In this document: positions 23,707-34,386 of the stretch, one piece after another
How positions within the stretch are numbered: position 1 is the stretch's first letter
How the letters are laid out: each line of letters opens with the position of its first letter
Virus record (IMG/VR): IMGVR_UViG_3300037054_000148
Location: 248,001 to 312,000 of that record
DNA length: 64,000 nucleotides
Strand: one strand, 5' to 3'
The notes under the pieces: model-generated
What the model saw: the letters and a program-made list of their open reading frames with translations, nothing else
Told to the model about the DNA's origin: nothing
Database searches by the model: none
Position numbers and translations under genes: made by a program

Positions 23707-26700
23707 ATGTCCCAAAAGATTTACCCATTAGGATCTACCAGCAGAACCTTGGACCCCAGCGGACGAAGTTTTACAACGGTAGTCGGCAAGCATGACAAAC
23801 GCATCACCGATGCGGATATCAATCTAATCCAGGACTTGCAGGATCTGAAAAGATACCTGCTCACGGAGAATATGGTCTTTTCTGGAGCACTCCAGGCTAA
23901 CCCCTATATTTTCAACGAAGCGCAGGAACAGGTGTTCCTCATTCCTGCTTTCGATGTGATGTTTAATGGTGAGACTGTGACACTGGGTGGGTGCCGCTCC
24001 ACAGACTTAGCTATGAACAAAGTAGTCTTACCGGCCCCTAATCCCTGGTCTTATGGAGAGGGCTCAGACTCGGCAGCTATTTATGTGGTCTTTGCAGAGC
24101 TTTGGTATCAGGCCCTAAACCCCTCTAATGGACAAGGTTACTTCGTTGATGTGACTGGGGCCAGATGGATATATGCGTTAGGCTGCATCGACTGTGACCC
24201 CTCTAATTTGATTGCTGATGATGTGTTGGATCCGTTCCAAGGCTTGAACACAACTTCTCGGGCGCAAGTTCAATGGAATATTCGTATCGTCCGAGTACCT
24301 CTCAGCTACGATTTCACTCAACGCAGATTTGGACTCGACTCTTTGGGGACCACAGAGGATGCGGTCTTCGGACAGGCGATGCTGGCATCCCCTCCGGCGC
24401 AGATTATCCCTGACCAAGACGCTGGTTATCCGTTTGTAAACATGGGTCAGGTCAACGGCGATTTTGGCCTCTGGCAGGCTGGAACAGGGATCCCGACATC
24501 CGGAGCCCCTCCCATCCCCACTCTGGACGGCTACAGCTACGCTATGCCCCTTGCAGTGGTGTTCCAGCGCAATCTTGGGGTATTTGACCCCTCAGTGAAC
24601 CCTAATGGCTGTGCTAGCTCTCAGATCTCCAATAGCGGTCTTCTGGCCTCTGGTGTGTCGGGGCGCTATGATTACAAATATGCAGATGCAGTTTATCCAG
24701 AAGATGTGGTAGACACCCGACTGTCAGTCAGCCTCAACGGCTACGATTGGGATAAACTTCTACAAAGCGGGTTTGTGGATATCGTTAACGGGAACATCGC
24801 TCAGAAAATTGGAAGAGGTGAAATCCCAGGAGCCTCCCCTTCTGTTATGGGGTCGGTCCTTCCATATACAGTGACACTTGGCCCCCAGGATACCTCTAAT
24901 ACAGACTATCTCGGGCCATTTGACGGCTATATGAATGGCTTTGGTGCAGATATTCGAACCTTCTATTCAATTCAGGCCATCTCAATCAACGAGAAAGTAA
25001 CGGGAACCAATGGGGTCAGATGGAGCAAAGGTGATAGTATCACCATTAATCTGGACAGCACGAACACTCGACTCGGTGCCACCATCTCTTACTTAATGGT
25101 GCAGGCTCAGGTTACTCAAACAAACGGCTCAATTAACCCAGTCCTCCTTCTGAGTGGTCAAATAACCACCACCGGAGTGGGGGGCCGCACTGCCACCGCA
25201 ACCTTTAACAGTAACCTATCTGGCACCGCTTTTGATCCGGGTGTAAATGATCTTTATGTGACAATTGGAGTCCTCTACCCCGCAGGGTCTAATTATTCAT
25301 TACGCCAGATCCCCACCAGCATCATGGGGGGCTCACTCTATGACGGTCAGATTAACAAAACCTTCCCAATCTTTGGCGTCTCAGAGTACGAGACATTCCA
25401 GCCGATTACTAATCAAAATAACCCATTGAGTGCTTACAACCCCTTGTACTCTAACAAAATATTTGGCACCAGGGCGAGTATTCCTGTGCCTGCCTCTAGC
25501 GGAGTCCCCACTACCTACGATAGCCTAAGTGTCTTGGAATTCACCATCCCTAGAACAAACATTAATGGCTATGTAAACTTCAATGGGATTTTCATTGTAA
25601 GCGCCACTGACTTAGCCTCTGGGGCAAATTATTCCATCTATTACACAGCAGTGGACGCGACTAATTTATATGTGATGACCCAACAGGTTCCATCCACTAT
25701 AAACCTTGTGTTCACTGTACTGCTGAATCAAACAGCCCAACTCAGTTACAACCCAGCCGTCAAAGCTGTGTCTTCTATCAGTGAAACTGTGTTGTTTGGA
25801 AACTACCAGAACTCCTCTAGCAGTCTGTTCCCCCTGGACCCCAGAATTAGCCTTCTCAGTTCCACTCAGATTGGCACCGGCTCCACGGCCACCACTTCGC
25901 TGATCTTCGGAACCACCGATGGGACACTTACGGGCGTGGGTGGCAGCCCTCTCAACAAATACATTTTTGTTGCGGATGACCCATCATTCCCTCAAAAATT
26001 CAAGGCTTACCCATTATTGAGTGTTCAATTTTTCAACGGAATCACTACTGTAACTGTTCCAGCCACGGCAAATGTCGCAGTCTACCCCTACTTTATGGTG
26101 GGCTCTGTTAACCCCTCCTTTAGCATAAACTCTTCTTTGGCCATAGCCATGGAGTACCTACCCTACCAAGGTGAAGGGGACGCTACCCATACTTACACAC
26201 TTCTTCATTCAGAAGATACAGCCATGGTGACGACCAATGGAACGGGAGCCGCCCCCATCGTCGGGCTAAAGGATGTGTATCCTTATAATAGAGAGCTTCC
26301 AATTATCACCACTTTGCCCTCCCAACCTACTTGGAATGACTCGGACCTCACCAATCAGGCCATCGGAAATTATTTTGGCAATAACTACGAGGCGAAACGC
26401 TTTAATAACGTGGAACATACTTTCTTCACCCCCCTTCACACCAACGATTTCATCGAGCCGGTTGGTGGCTGGAAGCGTAAATTAATTCAATTATCGTACC
26501 CAGCGGGTCGTGGTTTTGCGAAAATCGCCCCCCATGTAGGATTTGCCATCACTTCTCCGACCCCTGAGTCCTCTCTCTCCAATGGAGGTGTCATGACTAT
26601 CGCCCCCATCAATCTATACGTTAACAACGTTAGCGGGAATGACGGGAATGACGGTCTTACCGCTCAGACACCGAAATTGACAATATACGGTGCGCTATCT

Positions 26701-27516
26701 GTTCTCCCTCCGATCCTTCTTCATCCGTGTGCAGTGTATCTGGTGCAGACCGGAACCCCATTCTCTGTGCAAAATCTGTTCAACACCTCTAGTCTTAGGG
26801 ATGTCTTCCTAGGGGATGGCACAATTTCTCCGGTGGCGAACTCTTGCATCGCGGGTCTCTCCTACACCGTTCAGGATGAGGGACGCCTTTATATTGGCAG
26901 AGCCCCAGGCGACTCGGGATATATGACTATTACGGCAGTAGGTTATACCCCAAATGACACCCCACTCTCCGCCTTTGTTATAAATAATTCCCGTGTGTTG
27001 TTCAATGGGGTAGCCTTTGATTCATTCCCTGCTGGTAACCCCGCAATTTATGGAGTTGACGCACAAATTGATTTTTCAGATTGTAAATGGACAAATAATC
27101 AGCAGGCAGGGGGATTTGTAGATTGCTCTGTTAACGTAAGCAAGGGCACCCTTTCAATTGGAACTGGAGTCGGATTTTATCTGAGCGATTCCTCAATGAC
27201 TGTTTCAGGACTGCAACTTATGGCCGCTGGATCCCCAAACAGTCCCGTCTTCTTTGATATAGAACTCACTTCTAATCTAACTCTTGAGAACCATGGAGTC
27301 GGGGAAGAGATGAATGTGACTAACGTGACTCCGGTTGTCTTGGCCTCCTTGGGCTCTACGGTAGTTTGCAACAGTCAGTCACCATGGACCTCAAACGGCT
27401 CTGCTACCATCACTACTCGTTCCACCCTTGTAAGATCGGCCAACGCAACCCCATTTGCGGGAGGAGTTCTGATTGATAGCAGTTCTACTCAACTGACAGA
27501 CAACTCCAATTCCTGA
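23707..27516 (+). CDS. large tail/baseplate-associated protein with a C-terminal beta-helix-like region
   Basis: LYVNNVSGNDGNDG.TA.TPK.TI motif opening a beta-helix; composition typical of structural proteins. Confidence 0.75.
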   Translation: MSQKIYPLGSTSRTLDPSGRSFTTVVGKHDKRITDADINLIQDLQDLKRYLLTENMVFSGALQANPYIFNEAQEQVFLIPAFDVMFNGETVTLGGCRSTDLAMNKVVLPAPNPWSYGEGSDSAAIYVVFAELWYQALNPSNGQGYFVDVTGARWIYALGCIDCDPSNLIADDVLDPFQGLNTTSRAQVQWNIRIVRVPLSYDFTQRRFGLDSLGTTEDAVFGQAMLASPPAQIIPDQDAGYPFVNMGQVNGDFGLWQAGTGIPTSGAPPIPTLDGYSYAMPLAVVFQRNLGVFDPSVNPNGCASSQISNSGLLASGVSGRYDYKYADAVYPEDVVDTRLSVSLNGYDWDKLLQSGFVDIVNGNIAQKIGRGEIPGASPSVMGSVLPYTVTLGPQDTSNTDYLGPFDGYMNGFGADIRTFYSIQAISINEKVTGTNGVRWSKGDSITINLDSTNTRLGATISYLMVQAQVTQTNGSINPVLLLSGQITTTGVGGRTATATFNSNLSGTAFDPGVNDLYVTIGVLYPAGSNYSLRQIPTSIMGGSLYDGQINKTFPIFGVSEYETFQPITNQNNPLSAYNPLYSNKIFGTRASIPVPASSGVPTTYDSLSVLEFTIPRTNINGYVNFNGIFIVSATDLASGANYSIYYTAVDATNLYVMTQQVPSTINLVFTVLLNQTAQLSYNPAVKAVSSISETVLFGNYQNSSSSLFPLDPRISLLSSTQIGTGSTATTSLIFGTTDGTLTGVGGSPLNKYIFVADDPSFPQKFKAYPLLSVQFFNGITTVTVPATANVAVYPYFMVGSVNPSFSINSSLAIAMEYLPYQGEGDATHTYTLLHSEDTAMVTTNGTGAAPIVGLKDVYPYNRELPIITTLPSQPTWNDSDLTNQAIGNYFGNNYEAKRFNNVEHTFFTPLHTNDFIEPVGGWKRKLIQLSYPAGRGFAKIAPHVGFAITSPTPESSLSNGGVMTIAPINLYVNNVSGNDGNDGLTAQTPKLTIYGALSVLPPILLHPCAVYLVQTGTPFSVQNLFNTSSLRDVFLGDGTISPVANSCIAGLSYTVQDEGRLYIGRAPGDSGYMTITAVGYTPNDTPLSAFVINNSRVLFNGVAFDSFPAGNPAIYGVDAQIDFSDCKWTNNQQAGGFVDCSVNVSKGTLSIGTGVGFYLSDSSMTVSGLQLMAAGSPNSPVFFDIELTSNLTLENHGVGEEMNVTNVTPVVLASLGSTVVCNSQSPWTSNGSATITTRSTLVRSANATPFAGGVLIDSSSTQLTDNSNS

Positions 27517-27547
27517 ATACCGACCGCTCTTATGAGGACTTGAAACG

Positions 27548-30500
27548 ATGGCCTTAACACTCTCTGCCGCAACGACTGATAAACAAAATGTGCTTCTGAC
27601 GCTAAATGCTGATAACGAGGGGGCAATTGTAAGGATTGCGGCCTTGCAAACAGCCTATCTGATAACCCTGACGGCTGTGAATCCGGCCAGCACGGTTAGC
27701 TGGGGCCTCTTTCTAAACCCCTCCTGGTTGACCTTAGAGACAAACTCTGCAACTAATACGGCTCAGGTGAAATTCACCAGCCCCAGTGCTGACACTAGAT
27801 TGTTCCAGTGCTATGTGAAAGCGGACGATGGGGTAACCCAAACGTATTATCCATTGGCCATTGAAGTTCTAGAGTCGCTATCCATCGTGGTTTCGGGTAG
27901 GACAAATAACTACTTAGCCTACGATTCCGCCGCCACCCCTGTCACACTTCAGGCACTGGGCTTGAACGGCACTCCCATTTCTAACGGACAAGTGAGCTAC
28001 GTCACACCCATAGGGTTGCCGAACGGCCTCTCGCTCATCACCGCAGACGGGAACTCCGCCTCGCTTCAGGTTACCCAGCCGAACATCAACTCCATCTCCG
28101 GAGGGGTCACAGCCTCCTCTCCCGCTACCTATGATTTTCTCGCCTTCTGCCCTGGCACTCTTTACGATTCCCTGACCTACCCATACGATCTTAGTCTAGT
28201 GGTCGGCACTCTGGCAACCAAAGTGGGTATCCTAGATGCTGCGATGTCCTGCTATTTTGACAACACGAATCACTATATGGTACTCAACATCCAATCTGAT
28301 TATTTGGATGGACTGGGCGGGGGCCTAGCTTTCAATTGGAACACCTCTGGCACAGCTACGGGTATCGTTACCGATGGGGGAACCTCCACTTCTTCCTTTA
28401 TGAATTGGACCCCAACTACGGCTGGAACCATTCAATTCCAAGTGGCAGTGCAGGATTCTGTAACAGGGAATACCATTACCAACCTCAACTTCGGCCCCTT
28501 CCAAGTCGGCCCAGCTAGCGGAGTTTGGACTTCTACAAGTGCCATTAAATTACAAGTGGATGCGCCATTTAAAACTGGCCCTGCGGGGAGTTCTGTGCCA
28601 TTCATTGTTTCTGTTCCTACAGGAGAATTCCAGGGTGGGGAGACAATTAACGTCACGGTAAGCCTCATTTCAGCTAACGGCGAACCTGCCATCACCCCCC
28701 CATCCACGTTCGCTCTAACATCTATTGCTCCCTCCAGCACCTTTAATTTGACTATTCCCGCCAATGCTCAATTTAAGGGTAAGTGGACTGTGGTCGCCAC
28801 AGCGAACAATAGCCTCATCTCCCCAACTCGAACCGGGCAGTTGAGCACCGTATTGCTCTCAACTGGGCTTCCAACATTCAGCATCAATAATAATGCCATT
28901 ATCACTCTAAATCAAGTAACCGGAAGCAATATCACCCCAGTGTCTCTGGTGGCCACCAATAGTGGAACCCTGCAACCTATCACCGATGTGAAGTTCTCCT
29001 TGGTAAACGCCCCTCCAGGACTCTCCATTGTAAACAACCAAATCGTAGGGGCTGTCCCCCAGGTGGGGAGTTTTAATTTCCAAGTAATGGGAACCGAGCC
29101 CAACTACTCCAATTCATTCACAAACGTGTCTTTGGTTGTCACCGGCTCTGCCTCCCCGCTTACGATTACTAGTTTTGGCTCCACCGTTGCCCAAACTCCG
29201 GATAATACACAGTTCAACGTCAACTGGGGGGTTACTGGTTCCCCAGTCTCTCTAACGCTTCAGAGAAATGCGGATGTTCCTCTCAGTGTTCTCAATTCGG
29301 TACAGAGCACTCAGACCATTGTCGGCACGAGTGTGTTCACCCTCATAGGGTCAGATTACCGCACCAGCGTCTATTCGATCCCATCCATCGTGGTTTCTAA
29401 TAGCTCTGTCAACGCCACACAGCTTTCGGGAGCCCCCGCTATTGCGGAGATTGATGACTCCAATTTACTGACCATTATCTGGAACCCCCCACAGGTTAAC
29501 AATGCCTACAATCTTTACTTGGGTTGGAACATTCAGCTATCTGATAATGGGGCTGCTCCGGTTCAGATTTTAAATAAATCAGGTCTACCACCCACCGGGT
29601 TAGAAATCAGCACTGCTACAAACGACTCTCGACTCTTCACCTACCAGCTAGCTAACAATGATAGCTATACGATGAACATGACGGCTCTGTCATCCAATCG
29701 TGGGGCTATTCTAGACTCCAACCCATGGTCCCAATTCTTGGCGTTCCCTGGACCAGTGAACAACTCTCTGGTGAGCCTGAGCAGTTCAACTTTATCTATT
29801 AGTCAGTCCCTTACCATCACTTTAAGTCAGTCTTATGCTGCCGCCGACTATTGGCGTATTACCTACAGTGATGGAACAAATACCGGATGGCTCCCAATCA
29901 GTCAGAAAACCCAGGCCAAGGCGTTCAACACCCCTGGAAGTCAGACTATTTTTGTCGAATTTTCAAATGACTTTTCCACCCTCACCCCTCCAATTTACCT
30001 TCGCCGTTCCCTAGCTCTTAGCGTTTTTGTTCAAAATCAGGTCTATAACTCTACCACCGCAGGCGTGATCGGAACTGGGAATGTGGGACTAGGAGGTGAG
30101 GCAGGATTTGAAATTGCCTCTTCCAGTAGCTCTACTTACAAACCCCAGCCCTACATGGTCATTGTTAAGGCCCTGGTACAGGACAATATGACCCAAGAAT
30201 TAAAAATTCTGGTAGCCACGAGCCGAACCAACAACGCCTCCTCGCTGTTAAACACCATGTCAGCGGATGTGTTCCCTATTGTTTACCGCCCAAATCTCAA
30301 AGATTTGATTATTCCACCACTGAACTTCTCTTCCAACTTAGCCCTAGTTACCCCTGTATCCATTGCTACTACAGCCCTTCCAGACGCTATCGTGGGTCAG
30401 CCGATGGCAGAAGTCCAGCTTTCGGCTTCGGGCGGAACCGCACCCTACGACTGGTACTCCGATTCACTCCCATTTGGGTTAAACTTGTCTCTAGATGGAA

Positions 30501-33500
30501 CGCTCAGTGGGACTCCACTGACTGTAGGAGTCTATAACATCAACTTCTCCGTGCAAGACGCCACTGTCCCAGCTTTCATTGCTGAGGCCACAGTGATGCT
30601 CACGATTGAGTCAGATCTAGCTGTTCAAGTCATCACTCCTCCATCAGCTAGAGTAGGGACATATTACCAGTCTCAACTTACGGCTACGGGGGGGCTCCCA
30701 CCTTACTCTTGGAATGTAGTAGATGGTGCGCTACCTCTTGGACTCTCTCTTGATGCTGGGACTGGTTTGATCAGCGGCTACCCCGTCACTTACAATTCAG
30801 ATTCTGATTTTGACACTCCGTTTGTTTTTGTCACGGAAGTAGTGGATTCCATAGGTTCTTACTCTTCGGTCAGTTTCTCCATGAGTTTGCTGCCGATGAA
30901 TCTAACTCTAGGGAATATGGATCAAACCATCATCTCCGAGGGAATGGATTTCAAGATGGCCATTCCGGTCTTTGGGGGTCGAAGCCCTTATACTATCGCC
31001 TCCTTCACTTCTGATAATTCCATTGGAAACGCCCTATCAATTATCTCCCCAGAGGCCGTGGATGTGGTTTCGGGACTTGGAACTCCTGCTCTCACCATCA
31101 TGACCGGAGATCAGGTGTTTAGCCCAACCGCTTATCCATATGTTGTCTCCTTCCCGCTTTCAGCTACGGGTGGAGTGGCCCCCTATGTGTGGAGTCTGGA
31201 CATCTCCACCCCCTCACTTAATACAATTTTGAGCCCCATTGTCAGTGCTTCTCTAGCAGGCGGCACCTTCCTTGCAGATGGGGCTTACGCCATTGTAGCC
31301 CATGTGGTGGACCAGACCGGAGCCTCTGTCTCCAAGATCATCAATTTGACCTCTACTCTCAAGGGTGGGTCAGGCGGAACTGGACCCTCTGCTCTTGAGT
31401 ATGTCATCATCAACAAGAACAGCAGTTCTTATACGACTGATTGGACTTTCACTCCCCTGAGTAACCTGCCAGATGCCCAGCAGGGGTCTCCCTACCTTCC
31501 ACCATCACTCCCCGGATCTTTCTTTGGGATTGCCGTGTGGAACCCAACTTCCAACCAAATTTATGATCTTCGAACTGAGGCTACCCAGATTCAATTCACT
31601 AACCTCTACTCTACGGTTGGTGGGGCAGGGCAGTCCAATAACAGTAAGTTTATTGTGGATGCTACGGCAACTGGTCTAGGCCAGGGTTTTTCTGGAATCC
31701 TGCAATCTCTCTTCTCCACTTCGAATAGCACTCTGGTAGACCCCACCACCGGAGCCCCTTATCCCGCTCAATGGCAGGATATTTATGATCCGATCATCAC
31801 CGTCCATCAGCCCAATCTACCAGCCGATCAGCAAGTCTACACGTGGAGTATCGGTGGGGCTACCACCATTCCCTATCCCACTTTCTCCGGAATCAACTCT
31901 GCCGGGGAGACAGTCGTAGGGCCAGTGGTGACGACCTCCACCGGAACCGTTAACTTGGTCCCCACTACCCTGCTGACCAGTTTCTTCACCACTCCAGCTT
32001 TAGCAGCGTCTAATCCCTATGTGCTAGAGATCGTCGCAACTGATACCAACGCCAATACCTACTCTACCCAATTTGCTTTCTACCCAGTCGCTGGTGGGAC
32101 CATAACCAGCACTCAAACCAGTGGAAAGACTGTGGTTAACGAAGTGTTCCCAGGCATCTCCCTCCTGACCCCCAGTGAAGCTGGAGCTATTAGTTCTGGT
32201 GCAGTGGCGCAGAGTGTGACCTCTCAGCAGAGTGGGGTTACCACTCCTTACTTCCCCATGGGGGTAGCCTACTACCAGGGTGACTATTCAAATCTGGCCC
32301 ACACTCAAATGAGAGCAGCCGATATGGCAGCCATCACCCCCACTCAGGGTGTCACCACTACGGCTCTGGGCTCCAATCCTTACACATTCGTCATTTTGGA
32401 TGACATCGGAACTTCACCTTCAAACTCCACCATAAGCAACCTTGGGAACTTCACGTTAGGCACTGTGGTAACAAATAACAATTTATCCAAGGAAATGAGT
32501 GTGCATTGCTCCGTTCTGGGAGGGGGAGGTGGGAATACCACCACTCCTGTTGTCACCATTACCACCGTGCAGGGGGATACTCTGAATGCAGCCGCACTGG
32601 GGTATCAGGCCAACACAACTTACGTGAATTGGTTCTATATCCTGAATGCCACTGGTGGGACCGCCCCCTACACATTCTCTCTGGTAAATGGCACCACCTT
32701 CCCAGGTGTGACGGTCCACAACAACCAGACCACCACCACTTTCCTCAACCCTACTGGAACCTCCGCGCAGACCCCATATACCGGATCCTTCTTGCTGGTT
32801 AACAGCCTTCCAACCGTATCGGCCAATTCCTTAAACTCAACCCTCAACTACACAGTTCAGGTTCGAGCGACCGATGCGAATGGTAATCAATCTACGGTCG
32901 CTACCGTCCCCTTCACAGTTATCCCAATGACTACTTCAAGCTCCGGTTTGGCTCCGGCCCTTCAAACTCTGACCAATACGCTGACCGGTGGACCACTCTG
33001 GGCTGGGGTGAATGTGGCTCCTCTCGCACAATCCATCACCCTCAGCACCAACGCCACATGGACTCTAGACAGCCAGCTTCCGGCTGGATTATTGCTGGCA
33101 GACCCAAGCGGAACCGTTCTGATGCATGGAACCTCCATTTCCGGAGGGGGTAATGCCACGGCCATATACAATCAGACTATCCAATTGATTGGGACTCCAA
33201 TTAACACGGCAAACGTGACGGTGAATCTGACTGCCACGGCTCCTGGCTACTCCCCGTTCACTATTGCCCTCCCTCTGACCATCAATCCGCAGACTGCCAC
33301 AATCAATATCACCAGCGGAGGGTTGGCTCAGCCTAACACAACCTACAGCCTGTCTCAGGGTAGCCCCTTTGTCAGTCTGCATGTTGAAGGTTTCCTTTCG
33401 ACCGCTTCTCCGGCTCCCAGCCTCATTACAAATCTAGGCACCCTGAGCAACCCCGTGGTAGTAAATGTGACGAATATCTATAACTCTTCGTACGCACAGA

Positions 33501-34348
33501 CTTATGATTTGTTCTACACCTTCACCACAGCCTCTGTAGGTGGAACCGGAACTTTCTCCATCCAAAATGCCGGAAGCATAACTGGCTCGACCAGCTTTAC
33601 GGTCGCACCTCCCGCTTTGGCAGCCCAAGGAAATACGGTTGCGTTCACTGTCTCTGAGTATACCTCCGCTAACTTCACCATTTCGACTCCCCCTCTGACG
33701 ATTACCGGAGGGACCGCACCTTACGGAGCAATCTGCACCGTAGTAAGCAACCCCACTTACTTTGCTATCGATAGCAACGGTAGACCTTACTTCAAGGTGG
33801 ATCTTGGTCTTCCTGGAAACACCTATACGACCAACGTCACCTATCAGGTTGCAGACAGTAGCGGTGTGCCACTGATTACCAGTGCAGTAGCCACCCTCTC
33901 AGTCTATATGCAGCCCGAAACCATGAATACCGTTCAGTTTGTTTCTGCGACTCATGCGTTCACAGTTGGGCAATCTACAGTTTATTCAACGGCTGAGTGC
34001 ATTCATGTCCAGCTTGGTCATCCCCCATTTACTTGGAGTATCACCTCTATCTCGATGAGTCCAGGGGCCAGCGCCTTCATCAAGGCCAGCCCATCCAATG
34101 AACTCCTTGTAGTCAATAACTCTGCCTATCCTGTGAACTACCAGGATTATGCTCCGACTGATAACATCATCGGACTTTGGAACGGAGGGGTGCAATTATC
34201 CGGTCAGACAGGTCAGACTTTCACAATCCCAGCTTATGTGGGAGCCCCAACCGCAGGGGTTTACACCGTCACCCTTGGCATTACTGTTGTTGATTCAACT
34301 GGAGTTTCCACTAGTGGGGTCGGCACCATAACCGTGATTGTGGCTTAA
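27548..34348 (+). CDS. giant Ig-repeat (He_PIG-like) tail fibre/adhesin, 2266 aa
   Basis: Repeated LSASGGTAPY.W...LP.GL.L...G.LSGTP units. Confidence 0.85.
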   Translation: MALTLSAATTDKQNVLLTLNADNEGAIVRIAALQTAYLITLTAVNPASTVSWGLFLNPSWLTLETNSATNTAQVKFTSPSADTRLFQCYVKADDGVTQTYYPLAIEVLESLSIVVSGRTNNYLAYDSAATPVTLQALGLNGTPISNGQVSYVTPIGLPNGLSLITADGNSASLQVTQPNINSISGGVTASSPATYDFLAFCPGTLYDSLTYPYDLSLVVGTLATKVGILDAAMSCYFDNTNHYMVLNIQSDYLDGLGGGLAFNWNTSGTATGIVTDGGTSTSSFMNWTPTTAGTIQFQVAVQDSVTGNTITNLNFGPFQVGPASGVWTSTSAIKLQVDAPFKTGPAGSSVPFIVSVPTGEFQGGETINVTVSLISANGEPAITPPSTFALTSIAPSSTFNLTIPANAQFKGKWTVVATANNSLISPTRTGQLSTVLLSTGLPTFSINNNAIITLNQVTGSNITPVSLVATNSGTLQPITDVKFSLVNAPPGLSIVNNQIVGAVPQVGSFNFQVMGTEPNYSNSFTNVSLVVTGSASPLTITSFGSTVAQTPDNTQFNVNWGVTGSPVSLTLQRNADVPLSVLNSVQSTQTIVGTSVFTLIGSDYRTSVYSIPSIVVSNSSVNATQLSGAPAIAEIDDSNLLTIIWNPPQVNNAYNLYLGWNIQLSDNGAAPVQILNKSGLPPTGLEISTATNDSRLFTYQLANNDSYTMNMTALSSNRGAILDSNPWSQFLAFPGPVNNSLVSLSSSTLSISQSLTITLSQSYAAADYWRITYSDGTNTGWLPISQKTQAKAFNTPGSQTIFVEFSNDFSTLTPPIYLRRSLALSVFVQNQVYNSTTAGVIGTGNVGLGGEAGFEIASSSSSTYKPQPYMVIVKALVQDNMTQELKILVATSRTNNASSLLNTMSADVFPIVYRPNLKDLIIPPLNFSSNLALVTPVSIATTALPDAIVGQPMAEVQLSASGGTAPYDWYSDSLPFGLNLSLDGTLSGTPLTVGVYNINFSVQDATVPAFIAEATVMLTIESDLAVQVITPPSARVGTYYQSQLTATGGLPPYSWNVVDGALPLGLSLDAGTGLISGYPVTYNSDSDFDTPFVFVTEVVDSIGSYSSVSFSMSLLPMNLTLGNMDQTIISEGMDFKMAIPVFGGRSPYTIASFTSDNSIGNALSIISPEAVDVVSGLGTPALTIMTGDQVFSPTAYPYVVSFPLSATGGVAPYVWSLDISTPSLNTILSPIVSASLAGGTFLADGAYAIVAHVVDQTGASVSKIINLTSTLKGGSGGTGPSALEYVIINKNSSSYTTDWTFTPLSNLPDAQQGSPYLPPSLPGSFFGIAVWNPTSNQIYDLRTEATQIQFTNLYSTVGGAGQSNNSKFIVDATATGLGQGFSGILQSLFSTSNSTLVDPTTGAPYPAQWQDIYDPIITVHQPNLPADQQVYTWSIGGATTIPYPTFSGINSAGETVVGPVVTTSTGTVNLVPTTLLTSFFTTPALAASNPYVLEIVATDTNANTYSTQFAFYPVAGGTITSTQTSGKTVVNEVFPGISLLTPSEAGAISSGAVAQSVTSQQSGVTTPYFPMGVAYYQGDYSNLAHTQMRAADMAAITPTQGVTTTALGSNPYTFVILDDIGTSPSNSTISNLGNFTLGTVVTNNNLSKEMSVHCSVLGGGGGNTTTPVVTITTVQGDTLNAAALGYQANTTYVNWFYILNATGGTAPYTFSLVNGTTFPGVTVHNNQTTTTFLNPTGTSAQTPYTGSFLLVNSLPTVSANSLNSTLNYTVQVRATDANGNQSTVATVPFTVIPMTTSSSGLAPALQTLTNTLTGGPLWAGVNVAPLAQSITLSTNATWTLDSQLPAGLLLADPSGTVLMHGTSISGGGNATAIYNQTIQLIGTPINTANVTVNLTATAPGYSPFTIALPLTINPQTATINITSGGLAQPNTTYSLSQGSPFVSLHVEGFLSTASPAPSLITNLGTLSNPVVVNVTNIYNSSYAQTYDLFYTFTTASVGGTGTFSIQNAGSITGSTSFTVAPPALAAQGNTVAFTVSEYTSANFTISTPPLTITGGTAPYGAICTVVSNPTYFAIDSNGRPYFKVDLGLPGNTYTTNVTYQVADSSGVPLITSAVATLSVYMQPETMNTVQFVSATHAFTVGQSTVYSTAECIHVQLGHPPFTWSITSISMSPGASAFIKASPSNELLVVNNSAYPVNYQDYAPTDNIIGLWNGGVQLSGQTGQTFTIPAYVGAPTAGVYTVTLGITVVDSTGVSTSGVGTITVIVA

Positions 34349-34386
34349 ACAAACGGATTTTCGACATCCTTAATAGAAGGCATCCG